Shown piece by piece: positions 12,290 through 24,984 of a stretch of 64,000 nt of DNA (the first letter of the stretch is position 1; each line of letters opens with the position of its first letter). The notes beneath the pieces are model-generated. The model was not told where the DNA came from and ran no database searches. It saw only the letters and a list, made by a program, of their open reading frames with translations. Made by a program: the position numbers and the translations under genes. Origin of the DNA: Pecten maximus (lineage: Eukaryota); contig NC_047025.1 in assembly GCF_902652985.1 (NCBI RefSeq), forward strand, positions 27,342,001 to 27,406,000, in the 5' to 3' direction.

Positions 12290-14035
12290 TTGGGGAGTGT
12301 GAATTCCTTCAGTCTTATACAAGTCCTACTGTTATGAAATGTTTCTCACTGATAAGAGTCGGTGAAATTCCAGAGTAGCGAGTGTTGACTGTGTAAAGAT
12401 ATTGCCCAGTCACTACTGGTCAAAGGAATACAGCTGACCAGGATATACATCAAATGCAGACAAAAAGGAAACAGGCATATAACAGTATCGTAAAAGAAGA
12501 GAAAATATAACTATAATGTATGTACATTTATTGATGACAGGTATTCTATTAATTTTATTCGAAAGTTTGTTTTACAAATTTAATTATTATAAAAGTCCAT
12601 GTTACAACAACACCTGGCAATATACTTTTTTATATAAAGACACAATATTTCAATTGCCACTTATCAAGGTTTACATCTCCCCATCCAGATTTTTCTTTCG
12701 ACCGATTTCGAGCTTCCTCTATGGCCTGTTATTTATCAACACTTTTGACCATTAGCATCACTACCGAGTCCTAAAAAGGACGACAGCAGTAATTCCTTTT
12801 TGACTCTATTGTATCTTACACTCAATGGGAATTGGATAGTGCTAATATCTAGTGCGTCATTCGTAAAATCCATCTAGAACTATGTAAAGGATATTGCTGA
12901 TAGTTTTGTTCAAATCCTAGCAAAAAGAAAGACACTCCATGCTTCAACAGTTATCATCGATTCTAATCCCCATGATAAACAATAATTTGGAGAACTATTT
13001 TGGTTCTTCAGACGTTAAACAATTAGTTAATATTTGAGTAAATAATTAACATAACTGAACATCATAATTTAAGTTAACTGATTCTCTGTATAATTAACGA
13101 AATAAATTCTATAATTTGAACATATATCCTCATTACCGCAAATATCCATGTAAAGTATTCTTGGAAATGATATACAATGGATACTTATGCACATGCAAAC
13201 GGTAGACAAATACTGTGACTTTGTTGACTACATTATTAATTTAAAGGTACTTTAGAGATGAAACCAAAGCAAATATTTTACATACATAATATATACCTTC
13301 TAATAGGTCTGTATCGGACTATAGATTCGGTTTGAATTAAACGGTATATTACTTTCTTCACCTTAAATATCAATCTGACGTAAATAGTTCATAGAACTCT
13401 GCAGAATAACTGTTCAGAAGTTTGTTTACGATTCCGATATTACTTTATATGTAAGCCTTCCCCAACTCACGTGTACGGACACGGAGTTAGGGAATCACTG
13501 ACTCTGGTATGTACAGACGAGTGCTGGCCCTCTCATTCTGTCACAGATAAAGGACAGTTCATCTTCTAGGCTAGAGTTACGAAAGCTCTCGAGATGATTC
13601 ATCGGGCATAGTAATAACGTATATATGATTTTGCCCTCTTTTTCAAACTATGTGGATTACAAATGTGATTTCAGAAACAATGACGTGTCCATGAACACAC
13701 AAATGCATTGATCTTTCCGATTAAGTTTTTACAGTGCTTTAATTAAAATAATCCCTGAAATAAGCGGTAGTTCGGTAAAATGTTAATGTCTGTAGATTGT
13801 GTGTTCATATCTAATAATGAAATGCATATTATAAATACACTGGACTCCTCCGGGACTACATAATTTGGTCAGATTGTAGAGAGCATGATGTGTCATTACA
13901 TCTACAATTGATCAATAATAGTTGTGTTATGTATTGAATAATATATACAAGAAAATCTTGAAACCGCGTTTTATTTTATCTATATACAAACAGTGTTTAT
14001 TTCATATATGATCATTTTCCTGAAGAGCTACGTAT

Positions 14036-14592
14036 TGGTACGGTATAGTATTGGTACGGTATAGTATCGGTACGGTATAGTATCGGTACGGTATAGTAAT
14101 GGTACGGTATAGTATCGGTACGGTATAGTATCGGTACGGTATAGTAATGGTACGGTATAGTATCGGTACGGTATAGTATCGGTACGGTATAGTATCGGTA
14201 CGGTATAGTAATGGTACGGTATAGTATTGGTACGGTATAGTATTTACGGTATAGTATCGGTACGGTATAGTATCGGTAAGGTATAGTATCGGTACGGTAT
14301 AGTATCGGTACGGTATAGTATCGGTAAGGTATAGTATCGGTACGGTATAGTATCGGGGTACGGTATAGTATCGGTACGGTATAGTAATGGTACGGTATAG
14401 TATCGGTACGGTATAGTATTGGTACGGTATAGTATTTACGGTATAGTATCGGTACGGTATAGTATCGGTAAGGTATAGTATCGGTACGGTATAGTATCGG
14501 TAAGGTATAGTATCGGTACGGTATAGTATCGGGGTACGGTATAGTATCGGGGTACGGTATAGTATCGGTACGGTATAGTATCGGTACGGTAT
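14036..14592. repeat. 16-bp minisatellite (GGTACGGTATAGTATC)n
   Basis: About 35 near-perfect tandem units. They explain the spurious ORFs at 14002-14639. Confidence 0.95.
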
Positions 14593-15286
14593 AAACAACC
14601 ACCGGGAGCCAAGAAAGCCAACGATGCACACAAGATCAAAACGAAGTCGACGCCGGTTTACACACTGTAGATTTACTAGTGTAAAGAAGGAATGGGACCC
14701 TGAAATAAGGCCGGATTACAGAATACTTCAGTAGACCGAATTCGGCAGATTCAAAACCACTACAGATACATAAAGAAATATTCTGTACATTACTCGACTA
14801 GTTGAGACAAAGATCCAGATTGAACAGAGTCCGGTTTAGACAGTTTTCACTGTATATAAAATGTCGATATAATAGAATAAACAAGATACTACTGATGACG
14901 GTAATATCATACATAATTGTTTTTGCTTTGAAAAACTGCCAAAGTATTAAAAATGCATATTACACTGAAAGGCAAAATCCAACCAAATGTCCTCTGTCGG
15001 AAGCTATTAAAGCTTAAATATAAGAAAAAAGTTGTGAGATATGTATTGGAGAAATCAATAACGTTAAGGAACAGTCCGTGAGCCCAGTGCAAGCGTACGT
15101 AAAGGTAGAAGTAAGATTGGACATTCCTGAGAATATAATCTCGACTTTATCTGACCATGTCCAGTAGTGTTTCTTGTCGACCAACACAATTCAGGAATGT
15201 GGACATGGACGCTTGTTGACAGGTCTCGGTTGAAAATGTTTCATAAGCAACTTATATAATCTAAATTTCGAAAACACGCGTGAAAA

Positions 15287-15320
15287 CATGTGAGCACATC
15301 CTGGCCAGTGCCTATAAAAG
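15287..15320 (+). promoter_or_regulatory. E-box (CATGTGA) plus TATA box (TATAAAAG) of ApoD-2
   Basis: CATGTGA at 15287-15293 and TATAAAAG at 15313-15320, ~65 bp before the ATG at 15385. Confidence 0.6.
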
Positions 15321-15384
15321 GTGGACAATAATTTGTATAAACTGTGCAGACTTTTCTAGGGCTTGACACAACACTAAATCGACA

Positions 15385-17690
15385 ATGCTCAGACAAGCTT
15401 TACTTTTTGCCGTGGCCGTGGCCCTTTCTTCGGCGCAATCTTTCAGCTTTGGTGGATGCCCCTCCGTGACCACCCAGCAAAGCTTTGATCTCAACCAGGT
15501 AAGTCATTTTTACGATTCAGCATCACAGAACACCTTAAAAAGCGACGACAGAAATAGAAATAAAGGTTTGTCTCCGTACTGAAGGTATCCTTTATTTTGT
15601 TTTTTGTATCTGAGAGGAGTACATACATTTTTCTAATAATTAATACTTTTAATTGTTCCGGATTGTACAATATATCTAAAAATTCCAATTAATTCAATGA
15701 ACAGTATTCAATTTTACGCAAGCATATCATTTATTTTCAAATTAATCATTGTTTAAGCTACAGTAATACATATCACGTCTCTTTGCGACTAATTAATTCC
15801 GAAGTGATTGTTCTTCGTTTCGAAATATGACACAGGTACTTAGAAATCAATCAATATTTTATATAGCATTTTTTCTTGTCCGAACACTGATCTAGAAAAT
15901 ATTGCACATAGTGTATTTCAATCAGGAAACCTATTTTCCTGAACATATTTTCATCACGTTAAACTTTAACATGTTATTGTAATATAACTACATTGTTTCA
16001 TTCAAGATATACTCTAGAATTGATTTACATCAAGATAAGAAAATAATATATATCTTCCATTTTATTGTTGCATCGAATGTAGACAATTGTCAGTTTGCTA
16101 AAGATTAATATGAAAATCTAAATCATAAAATTGTTTAAAGTACTTTTTTAAAATTCACCCTGTTTCTGCTTATCAATAGGTATAACCTATCTTTTAAAAA
16201 CAATCCACGATCTGTGTGACCTTCTTTATCGATTGTGAGTTAGGATTTGTAGAACCTGCTATCAAACTATTGGCATCATCCTGATATTTCAATGACTTCT
16301 AGCAATTTTGGTGTGTGTGTGTGTGTTCGTCACCTAATAACCTCAGTTCTAGCCAACAGTTATAGACCTTTCTTCGTAAAACGCTCAAACATTGATTTCA
16401 ATGTTATAACGTCCTGCTATCAAAACAACATTGCACTAACAATGACTTTGAGATTACAATGACTGTATGCTTAAATGACCATTTGTTTACCATATTTCTA
16501 GTTTAATCGAAACCTGTACTAACTCTGACCGTATTACTTGTAGTACCTTGGGATATGGTATGAGTTGTACCGATTCCCTACCAGCTACGAGTCCGGTCAA
16601 AAGTGCATCACTGCTAACTACACCCTACAGGCCAACAACCACGTATACGTACACAATGAGGGATTCGAGTGAGTATACAAGAGCAATGATCCATTTCTTC
16701 AGGAATCATATAAGTATATACTTCCGTACATGTTGAAATATATTATTTGCTGTCAACTTTTAGAATCATACTAAAATAAAATTACAAAACAAAAATAGGT
16801 GGAAATACACCCATTATAACGGCAAGGGAAGTGGACAGTAAAGACCTTAATTCTTTGTAACCAGATAGCTTTTCCTCTTTTGCCATTTAGCAGACACCCA
16901 CTCAAACAGAGGACTGCCTTTTGGCATACGTTAATGGGTTAAGAACCGAGCAAAACTTTCATTTGGTCCCATATCCGCCACTTGGCAAAACAAATAAAAC
17001 AGCAAAATATTTTTTCATCCGATGTATTCATTACAATTAATGTGTACTCCTGTTACAGACCAAAGACAGGCAAACCTTCAATAGCCATCGGTGATGCGTA
17101 TCAGAATGATGTCCAGAACTCCCCCTCCAAACTGAAGATCAGATTCGCAGCCCGTAAGTAAACTACTGAAGCATCAGCTTCTCGGTTATTCATTTTACAT
17201 CATAACTGACTTGCGGCTTTTAGTATCTTAAGTTTTTCAGTTTTTGTAATATTTGCATACGAAATAAGTTACTGATGAATGCTGGACTTTTACTGCTTAA
17301 GAAGATGTTGAGTGAATCTTTAATGCAATTATCAACGTCCCTGATCGCAATGTGGACACGGTGTTTATAGATAAAGATATCAAGTGAAACGTATATGTTT
17401 TTTGTAAAATTTTCCTTTTGACTTGACATGTCATTATTAAAAATTTTAAATACTGTTTATTTCCAGATACACCTTACGGAAACTACTGGGTTCTGAAGAC
17501 AGACTACACCTCATACACACTGATATACTCCTGTATCGATATTGTCGGAATCAGTCATCTGGAACAGGCGTGGATCATGTCACGTGAAAGATCTCTTCCA
17601 CAAGATAAGATTGACGAGTTAATGGCCGTCTACAAAAGTTTCAACATTGATACAAACCACTTCGTGAAAGCTGACCAAGATAACTGCTAA
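15385..17690 (+). CDS. APOD: Apolipoprotein D-like lipocalin 2 (185 aa, secreted)
   Basis: Exons 15385-15498 (MLRQALLFAVAVALSSAQSFSFGGCP...FDLNQ), 16544-16668 (YLGIWYELYRFP...KCITANY), 17059-17153, 17467-17690 (YWVLKTDYTSYTLIYSC...AWIMSR...ADQDNC*). 558 nt. Intron positions and phases are identical to ApoD-1. Confidence 0.93.
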
Positions 17691-18689
17691 CCGCAACTTG
17701 AATATTCTACTTTCATTTTCCATTGTGATATCGTTAAACGTTTCAACATACATGCAAACCATTTCAAAATTTCAAAGCATTTTTGTGATATATAATGAAA
17801 TATTGGCGATTGAGCCGTTTAAAGTGTTCATCATAACTGTACATTTGTTATGTTGTTTAAATATTCTGTAAATACCTAAATGCTGTGCTTATATGATTAT
17901 GTTTTCTTTAATAAAAATGTGATATAAAAATAAAATGATTCTTTGTTACATTTACGTACGTTGAATACAGAACTAATCAGCTTTGTAACATACAGTGATT
18001 GGCAAATATTAGTCTTCCATTAAGTCGAATTCAAGCTTTTTTTTATTTTTATCTTTGTCAAATTGACTCCATAGTCGCTTAATACTAATCAATATCTGGA
18101 GACTGAACAAGTTACCTGCAGTTCAATTACCTCGGCTACTTCTGACTTTATCGCGGAAAATATTCTCAAAATGTAAAATATATTTTGGTTTTATTCAAAC
18201 TATGGCTGTGATGTCATCTTTTGTTGTCGTATGATGTTTAGCCGAGACAAATATACTATTATTACCTACAGCTGTGGAATAGTTTCCTTTTCCTGTGGAA
18301 TAGTTACAAACTATTCAACAATAATTTTAGCAACTGTTCCACAGTTCCAGGTGAAAGCAATATACATGTATATAAGACAACCCGTTAACAGGCAATTGTT
18401 TTAATTGAAAACATATATTGAATGGGGAAAATAACACTTGATATATAAGAGAATACACATTTAATAAATCCAGAAAGGGGAGATAATTATATCATCAATA
18501 CAGCCCTAATTAATCCAGTCATCATCATGGAAGGAAACATTTGATGTCACATCAGAATTTCACAGAAATTTTCAAATCTCCAGCCTGGATATTTATTTCT
18601 TTGTCCGAATTCATTACAGAATCCTTAACATTTGTGCAGCTTTCATCCACTTTCTTTGTTTTTTCCCCACCAGACTGCAACAGATAACT

Positions 18690-19340
18690 GACTTTCTCTA
18701 ACTGATTTTGACTGGTACGTTTATATCCTCTCAGAGCAGTGGACCTGTGGCGAGTTCTTCACTAATAAATTGCTCATCTATACCTGCTTTAAACGATCAT
18801 GTCGCAGCAGTTGCTCTTAGACTATGATTGGTGTAAAAGTCCTTGGAAACCTTCTTCTTTACGCATCCTACTCGCTGTATTGCTGTATGGGACTGGATAA
18901 GTTAGCATATAAAAAAAATCAAATTACTTGTAGTAGTATTTACCTTAGGTTCAGGTACTTTTCATAGATCCTTACTGGACATCTGTCTGGATGTTCTGGG
19001 TTTTCACAAGCACATATCTGATTGGGTGTCAGTTTACGATGATTGAGACCACAGGGATTTGTTTTAGATACATCCTGTGTGTACTGAATGTATCTTCGGC
19101 CATTTCCTTGAAGAAGTCTCAGCTTATCCGGCTCTTAGGGCAAAGCTAAGTCCTAAAGTATAGAGCAGGGTGTCTGATAGTTTTTGTGGTGTGTCTGTAC
19201 CCAGACTTTCAAGGGACCACAACTTAGTATTTTCTTCTATCTTAATTACAGAGCTTGGCGTTTCTGTATTCCAATGCCCTGTCTGGCTAAAATTTTCATC
19301 TTAGCATCCAGCAGTCTTCGTAACCCTTGAAAGTTTTTTC
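18690..19340 (-). pseudogene. Crypton-type tyrosine recombinase (DUF3504-like) remnant
   Basis: Minus-strand fragments KLWSLESLGTDTPQKLSDTLLYTLGLSFALRAG, YTQDVSKTNPCGLNHRK, HPDRCPVRIYEKY, and YTNHSLRATAAT*SFKAGIDEQ...HRSTALRGYKRTS (H-x-x-R...H...Y catalytic residues). It is frameshifted. Flanking element sequence runs ~18235-19760 with a hairpin at 19688-19759. Confidence 0.75.
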
Positions 19341-20043
19341 CACCAAAAAAGAATTACATTTTACGTTCGATATATCCGAAAAAATATCACTTTTGAGGTC
19401 AAAATTTGTGCTAGTTTTTGTTAAAGTGATGAGAATGTCATTATCACTAGTACCTCAGTCCCTTATTTGTTTAACAGTGAAAGCTTAACTAAATAAATGT
19501 TTCAATAGTAGCACCATAGTACCTGTGAAACATTCACAAATTTCATGCAAAGTATGATGCATGTTTTTTAGTGAAGTAAAACAGTGAATATCAGAGTGTA
19601 ACAGGTAAAGGTTAACCTGGAACAGTGGAATATTTAAACAATAAACCTGTGTAATAGTCAAGTCTAATGACGCCATGTTTTAAGTATGAGAAACACCTCA
19701 AACTGTGGAATAGTCAAGATAATGGATAGTTCAAGGCCCCACAGTTTGAGGTGTTTCTCTAATACATAAAGTTATCTAAATTCAAGAGAACCGGTAGAAT
19801 AGGTACACCATATAGTATTGAGGATGTCAGTTACGCTACTGATTATAATAAAAAAAAAGTTCAATACACGTGTTTAACATGACATTGCATGCTACATAAC
19901 GAGTAATATGTATTGATACCGCGCGATGATGCACAAGCTGCAGCAACAAATGTCATGTTTGGTAGTTATGATCGTTGACATGAATTTAATCACATATGTT
20001 ACCTGACACACTACTGACTTAAATCCACATTCTACAGTAAACC

Positions 20044-20156
20044 TAGCCCGAGTTTCCTCTGGCCCTGACACCATGTCTAGACATGGTGTCCCGAGTTTCC
20101 TCTGGCCCTGACACCATGTCTAGACATGGTGTCGGGGCCAGAGGAAACTCGGGCTA
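20044..20156. mobile_element. Palindromic mini-MITE (TAGCCCGAGTTTCCTC...GAGGAAACTCGGGCTA), copy 1, with internal duplication of the left arm
   Basis: Near-perfect hairpin. Flanks CAGTAAACC / CAGTAAAGC form an imperfect 9-bp TSD. A second family member is at 57564-57647. Confidence 0.8.
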
Positions 20157-21692
20157 CAGTAAAGCCTGTGTCTTACTGTATTTACCACTTCCACACCACG
20201 TGCAATCGGAAAAGCAATGTTATTATTAAATATCAAGACCAACCTTTTGTCGTCAGTTGTTTCCTAGCATTATCATTAGATCGGTAATGTGTTCGTTTTC
20301 TTTATTTTGTGTTGTCTAAAAAGTTGCCCCGAGTGTAAGAAAGACCCTTGTCATGCCACTTCCGCGTTTATTGACAGTACTTTGTCATCATTTTACACGG
20401 GATTATCACTTCTTTCCACCTCCTCCTCTATATTTAGACGTTTACCGAGGAATGTGTGTGTTTTAAACAAGTCGTGCCACTCTGAAGCAGAATGGCATTT
20501 TAATTTTTGATCAAAATAGATGAACATAATCACATTAATTTTAATAAAATCTTAACTTTCGCGCATTTATTTGGGAGTAGAATATATTATGCGTCTAAAC
20601 TGGCAAAGTGTATTCATGTCTATTCGGGACATTTCATGTGAAAATTTCCTGGTCAAATTTACCTTAAAGAGCAAAATAGTAAATTCATTTAATGTGTAAA
20701 TTGACCTGAATTTGACATTAAAAAAATCTTGTGAAATTCCTGTCCATTTCATGTCAAATTCAGGTCACTTTCAGGTCAATTTCTTGACATCAATTTGAAA
20801 TGATTTTCCCCGTGTGCAATTCAGAAAGAATTCAGGTCAATTTCAGGTTAATTTCAGAACAATTTTTTTAGGTCATGCTATTTTGCATGCATATGACGCT
20901 ACATGTTAGTATAAACATTTATGAACATTTTTGAACATTTTGAACAGTATATTATTTAAAAGCTAGGTAAAATAAAACGAAAGCAATCAATTCAATCAAG
21001 GTCAACAATACCGACATTTTTATTTAAAAAAATAACTATGTGATTAAGTATATGGTCTTTGGGTCAAAGTTACATTCAGAATTTCTAAATGAATTTATTC
21101 AGAATCGGCGTTTTCAAGGATAACAATATACTAGTAGTTCATAGCAGTACATATCATTGTCCCGGTCACATTGATTATTACTATAATCATAATTACAAGT
21201 ATAAATGTATTTAAAATGATATGTAGCTTGTATTGATTTACTTTTTTTTTGCAGTGCATTAAAAAATGTCCTGAGCGGCATAAAAGCTGCGATTTTATAC
21301 GTCCGTCAAATTTGGCTCAAAGTACGATGATATGGACTCGTCCGTCCGTCGGGCGTAAACTTTTGTTTGTCAATCACTTGTATTCCTCAAACTGAATGAT
21401 TAAACATTGACTTTGTACAGGTATAGAAAGGTGGGGTTATAGAACATGTCATATGTCATATAACCACTGTTTTGCTTAAAAAAATATATGCAGAAGCACT
21501 GGACACAAATTCTGTTAACTTATATACATTTCGTGTACAGAGCTGCGTTGATAAATACGGACTGGTGCCGACTTACATTTTATATACAGTTGTCACATGA
21601 TACGATCAAAGTCTGTTACTAAATTTAGACACCGGCGGTAGACTTTCGCTGATTGATTTAGGTAAGCAGATACAACACATGCTATTTTATCT

Positions 21693-23931
21693 ATGATGTC
21701 GTCGGAAAAAGTTTCCGTTGAATTCACAGATGATGGATTTGCAATCCTAACTATGAGGAACGGAGAGAATCGCTTAAATGCCGAGTTTGTACAGCTTCTC
21801 AACGATAGCCTGGATAAAGTTCTCAGGTGAGTGGCTTGTGGACAAAGGGAGGTAACTCTAAGATCTTATTCAGCTTGGCTTCGTAAGGTCATTTAAAGAC
21901 GACGAAATGAAAATAAAAGAATGCAACCCAGATTTTTTCCCCATTTAATTGTTATTATAATAATTTCATGCTGTTTTAATTTAGTGTTTTATGAATGTTT
22001 TAAAGTACCGTTTTGAAACAGGAATGATGAAAAAACATCTCGCCCATGCTGAGCGATCTCGCTCTCAAGGCAAACTTCCATCACTTCTGTTCCCACTCGA
22101 GATGGAAGTTAATTCGAAGGTCTCCGCTTGCTTTTATTCCAAGTACAGCTGCGCATGCTCAGAGAGCAAACCAACATACAAGTGTACAGATGCAGCAATT
22201 ATGAATTAGCTTTTATAAGGATAAATACAGGCTGAAGGGAAATTCCCACCAGCCTGAGCTAATAATGTGACCTATTCCCCCACTTTTACACTACTCCCTC
22301 CTTCACAAAGTATTCGCCCCGAAGACAGCCACAACTTAGGTTCCTAGGCTCCATGGAAGCCTTTCAGTCACGGAAGTCGTGATATTGGTAACAAGTCCTT
22401 GAATATCGAATCAATCGGGACATGTAAACACCGTAAAGTTTATTTGTTATGCTTTCACCGCTGGTTACGTTATAATTCTGTGGGAAATAAGATAGATTCT
22501 ATTCAACTTTCCAGAAATAAGAACTGCAAGGCTTTGATAACAACCGGTGAAGGTAAATTCTACAGCAATGGCGTAGATTTAAAATGGGCAATGAAACAGT
22601 CAAAAGAAGTGAATTTGAAGTTCCGGACCGATGTCCAGGGTTTATTCTGGCGAATCCTTCACTTTCCACTTCCGACAGTTGCCGTCATAAACGGTATGTA
22701 TGACGCCAACAGTTACCGGAGCCTCTATGAACCAAAGCTTAATAGTACGAAATTATTCTGATTCATGAATATCAGATATTTGATATCCAACATGTATCCT
22801 GTTAACAAATTTCCAGTTTAGAGAATTCATAAAATTTCTGATCAGAATACACAAATTCTATATTCTTCTTTTATTTTGATATTTTGCTGTCATTGGACAA
22901 CCGTTCTGAGCAAAGGTGAGACTATTTTGATTCTTGATCGGAATGTTGATGTCTTTTGGTCATAAATCATCTTTTCAGGACACGCTTTTGCTGGCGGTGC
23001 CTTTGTTGCGATTGCGCATGACTACCTTGTGATGAATTCACAACGAGGCTGGTTTTCTATGAACGAGGTTAGAGTTGGAATGCGAATTCCACCTACTTCC
23101 TGCGAGGTGCTCAAGTATGTTTTTATATTCAATCATTTATAAATAATGTATTTTCGATATGGATCAGTTGAGGTAACTTTTATGTCTGACACATGCAAGG
23201 AACAAAACAATTATTCAATTATGTTATTTGAATTTAAATTGGACAGACCTAGTGATCGTTACTTAAAATTGAATTCAAAGCCTAGGGTTCCTGTAACAAT
23301 TGCAATGATTATTGTGTACATGATACCAAACATCACACTCTGAGATGTATTTTTATATTACTATTCTCTTTGCAAAATTTTGTATTAAGGACACGTGCTC
23401 CATTTCTCATTATCAGGCTTGGATATATGAAAAGTTATCTCACTTCAAAAATTGGCCTGTCCATTGATTTTGCTGTATCTTATTGATATAAGGTTGTTAC
23501 ACATTCTGTTTAAATTACTACATTTTGAAGGAAGGGGAAAGAAAATATGGAATACATAGATTTCTCACATTAAAGAACAATGGAAATATGTACATGTGGT
23601 TCGTAAAATCCGGTACATGTATATAAATCTATGACCACTTTTAATTTATTTCAATTTAATTGTTTTCATCTATAACAGGGCGAAAATGAAGAACAAAAAA
23701 GCATTACGAGAGGCAGTCGTGTTTGCTCGATCAATTCCAGCCACAGAAGCCAAGAGCCTGGGGCTAATAGACGAGGTGGGGGAGTTATCTTCCCTTATGG
23801 ATGCTGCTAAGCGACTGGCACTTGGAGCGTTAGGCCATACAGGTATCGACCGTGATATGCTCCAGATAATGAAGAAAGATTTATACCCCAGAACTGTGAT
23901 GGACGATGACAGCATGAAATCAAAGTTATGA
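21693..23931 (+). CDS. Peroxisomal enoyl-CoA delta-isomerase-like protein (crotonase fold, 233 aa, C-terminal PTS1 SKL)
   Basis: Exons 21693-21826 (MMSSEKVSVEFTDDGFAILTMRNGENRLN), 22515-22693 (ALITTGEGKFYSNGVDL...FPLPTVAVING), 22979-23114 (HAFAGGAFVAIAHDYLVMNSQRGWFSMNEVRVG), 23679-23931 (...AEAKSLGLID-type motif...MKSKL*). 702 nt, in frame. Crotonase oxyanion-hole motifs are present. Confidence 0.9.
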
Positions 23932-24984
23932 TGTTTAACAGTATTTGGAATTGCGTAATTATAACGAATGTGTATATATGAATGTTGAGAGACAACAATC
24001 CAGAAAGTCGCTTTCAGATGACTATGTCGGAGAGTGACGTGTTGAACTGGAGAATATAGATAAGAACTTGGCTTCTTCCGTTAGGTGGAGTACACTTATG
24101 AGTTAAATGGTGCTGTTTACTTTCGTCCAATATTAATCAGGTCTATAACAAGTTCAAGAGAATATTCACATTTCATTAATTTCATAAAGCTTGTTTGTCA
24201 CTTTTCATCTTAATATATAATGATAAAACAATAAAATAGAAAGTATTTTTATATTGTTTGAAGATTATTTTCTTCTGAAAAAATATGTTTTATATATCTA
24301 AAACGTAAGGTTCAGTGCAGTTTAAACTTGATATCTTTCCTCTATACAGAACAGCGCATTAAGATATACAAAGAAAAGAGATATAAACGTGTCTTCTTAA
24401 CTGAGTATACATGACAGCACAGTAAGAAAGGTTAATATTTTATGAAGTAAGTTCATACATGAAAAAACGGACGGAGGGAGGGTATTATATTGACAGTACA
24501 AGGTAGAGAAAGAGAAAAATGGGAGACTAAGGGAAGGGCATGTTCTACCAACTAGGGGCGCCGATAGACTACAGATAACAATAGAAGGAAAAGCATTGTC
24601 GGATACTTAAGCATTGTACTGCTTTAATTTGGCAGTTATGGGCTGATGAGCCCATAACACCAACTGAAAGCAGTGCAATGGTTATATTTATCATCGCGGT
24701 TTAAAAAAAACAACAACACTATAATTAATAGAATTCAAGTTTCCCCGCCATTCTCGACTGTGAGCCTGTGTAACTGCTCTCCTATGCTGTTCCGCATAAA
24801 AAATAGAGCGTAAGATAATAGAAAACCAGAAATGAACAATCAATGTCCATAAAGTTTTTCAGAAAGAAAATGTCTATAAAGCGTCGAACAATGCATCTTA
24901 GATCTGAGCCTGAGATAATGCGGCCGGCGCTCTAACCGACTGAGATATCGACTTTTTTTAGAGTAGCGATCAATTATAAATTTA

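Noticed and set aside
14002-14639. ORFs of ~205 aa (YRYYTVPIL repeats)
   Set aside because: They are translations of a 16-bp minisatellite, with no splice signals or gene context.
24900-24960. tRNA-like A-box sequence (GCGCTCTAACCGACTGAG)
   Set aside because: No cloverleaf can be completed. It is probably a decayed SINE head rather than a tRNA gene.
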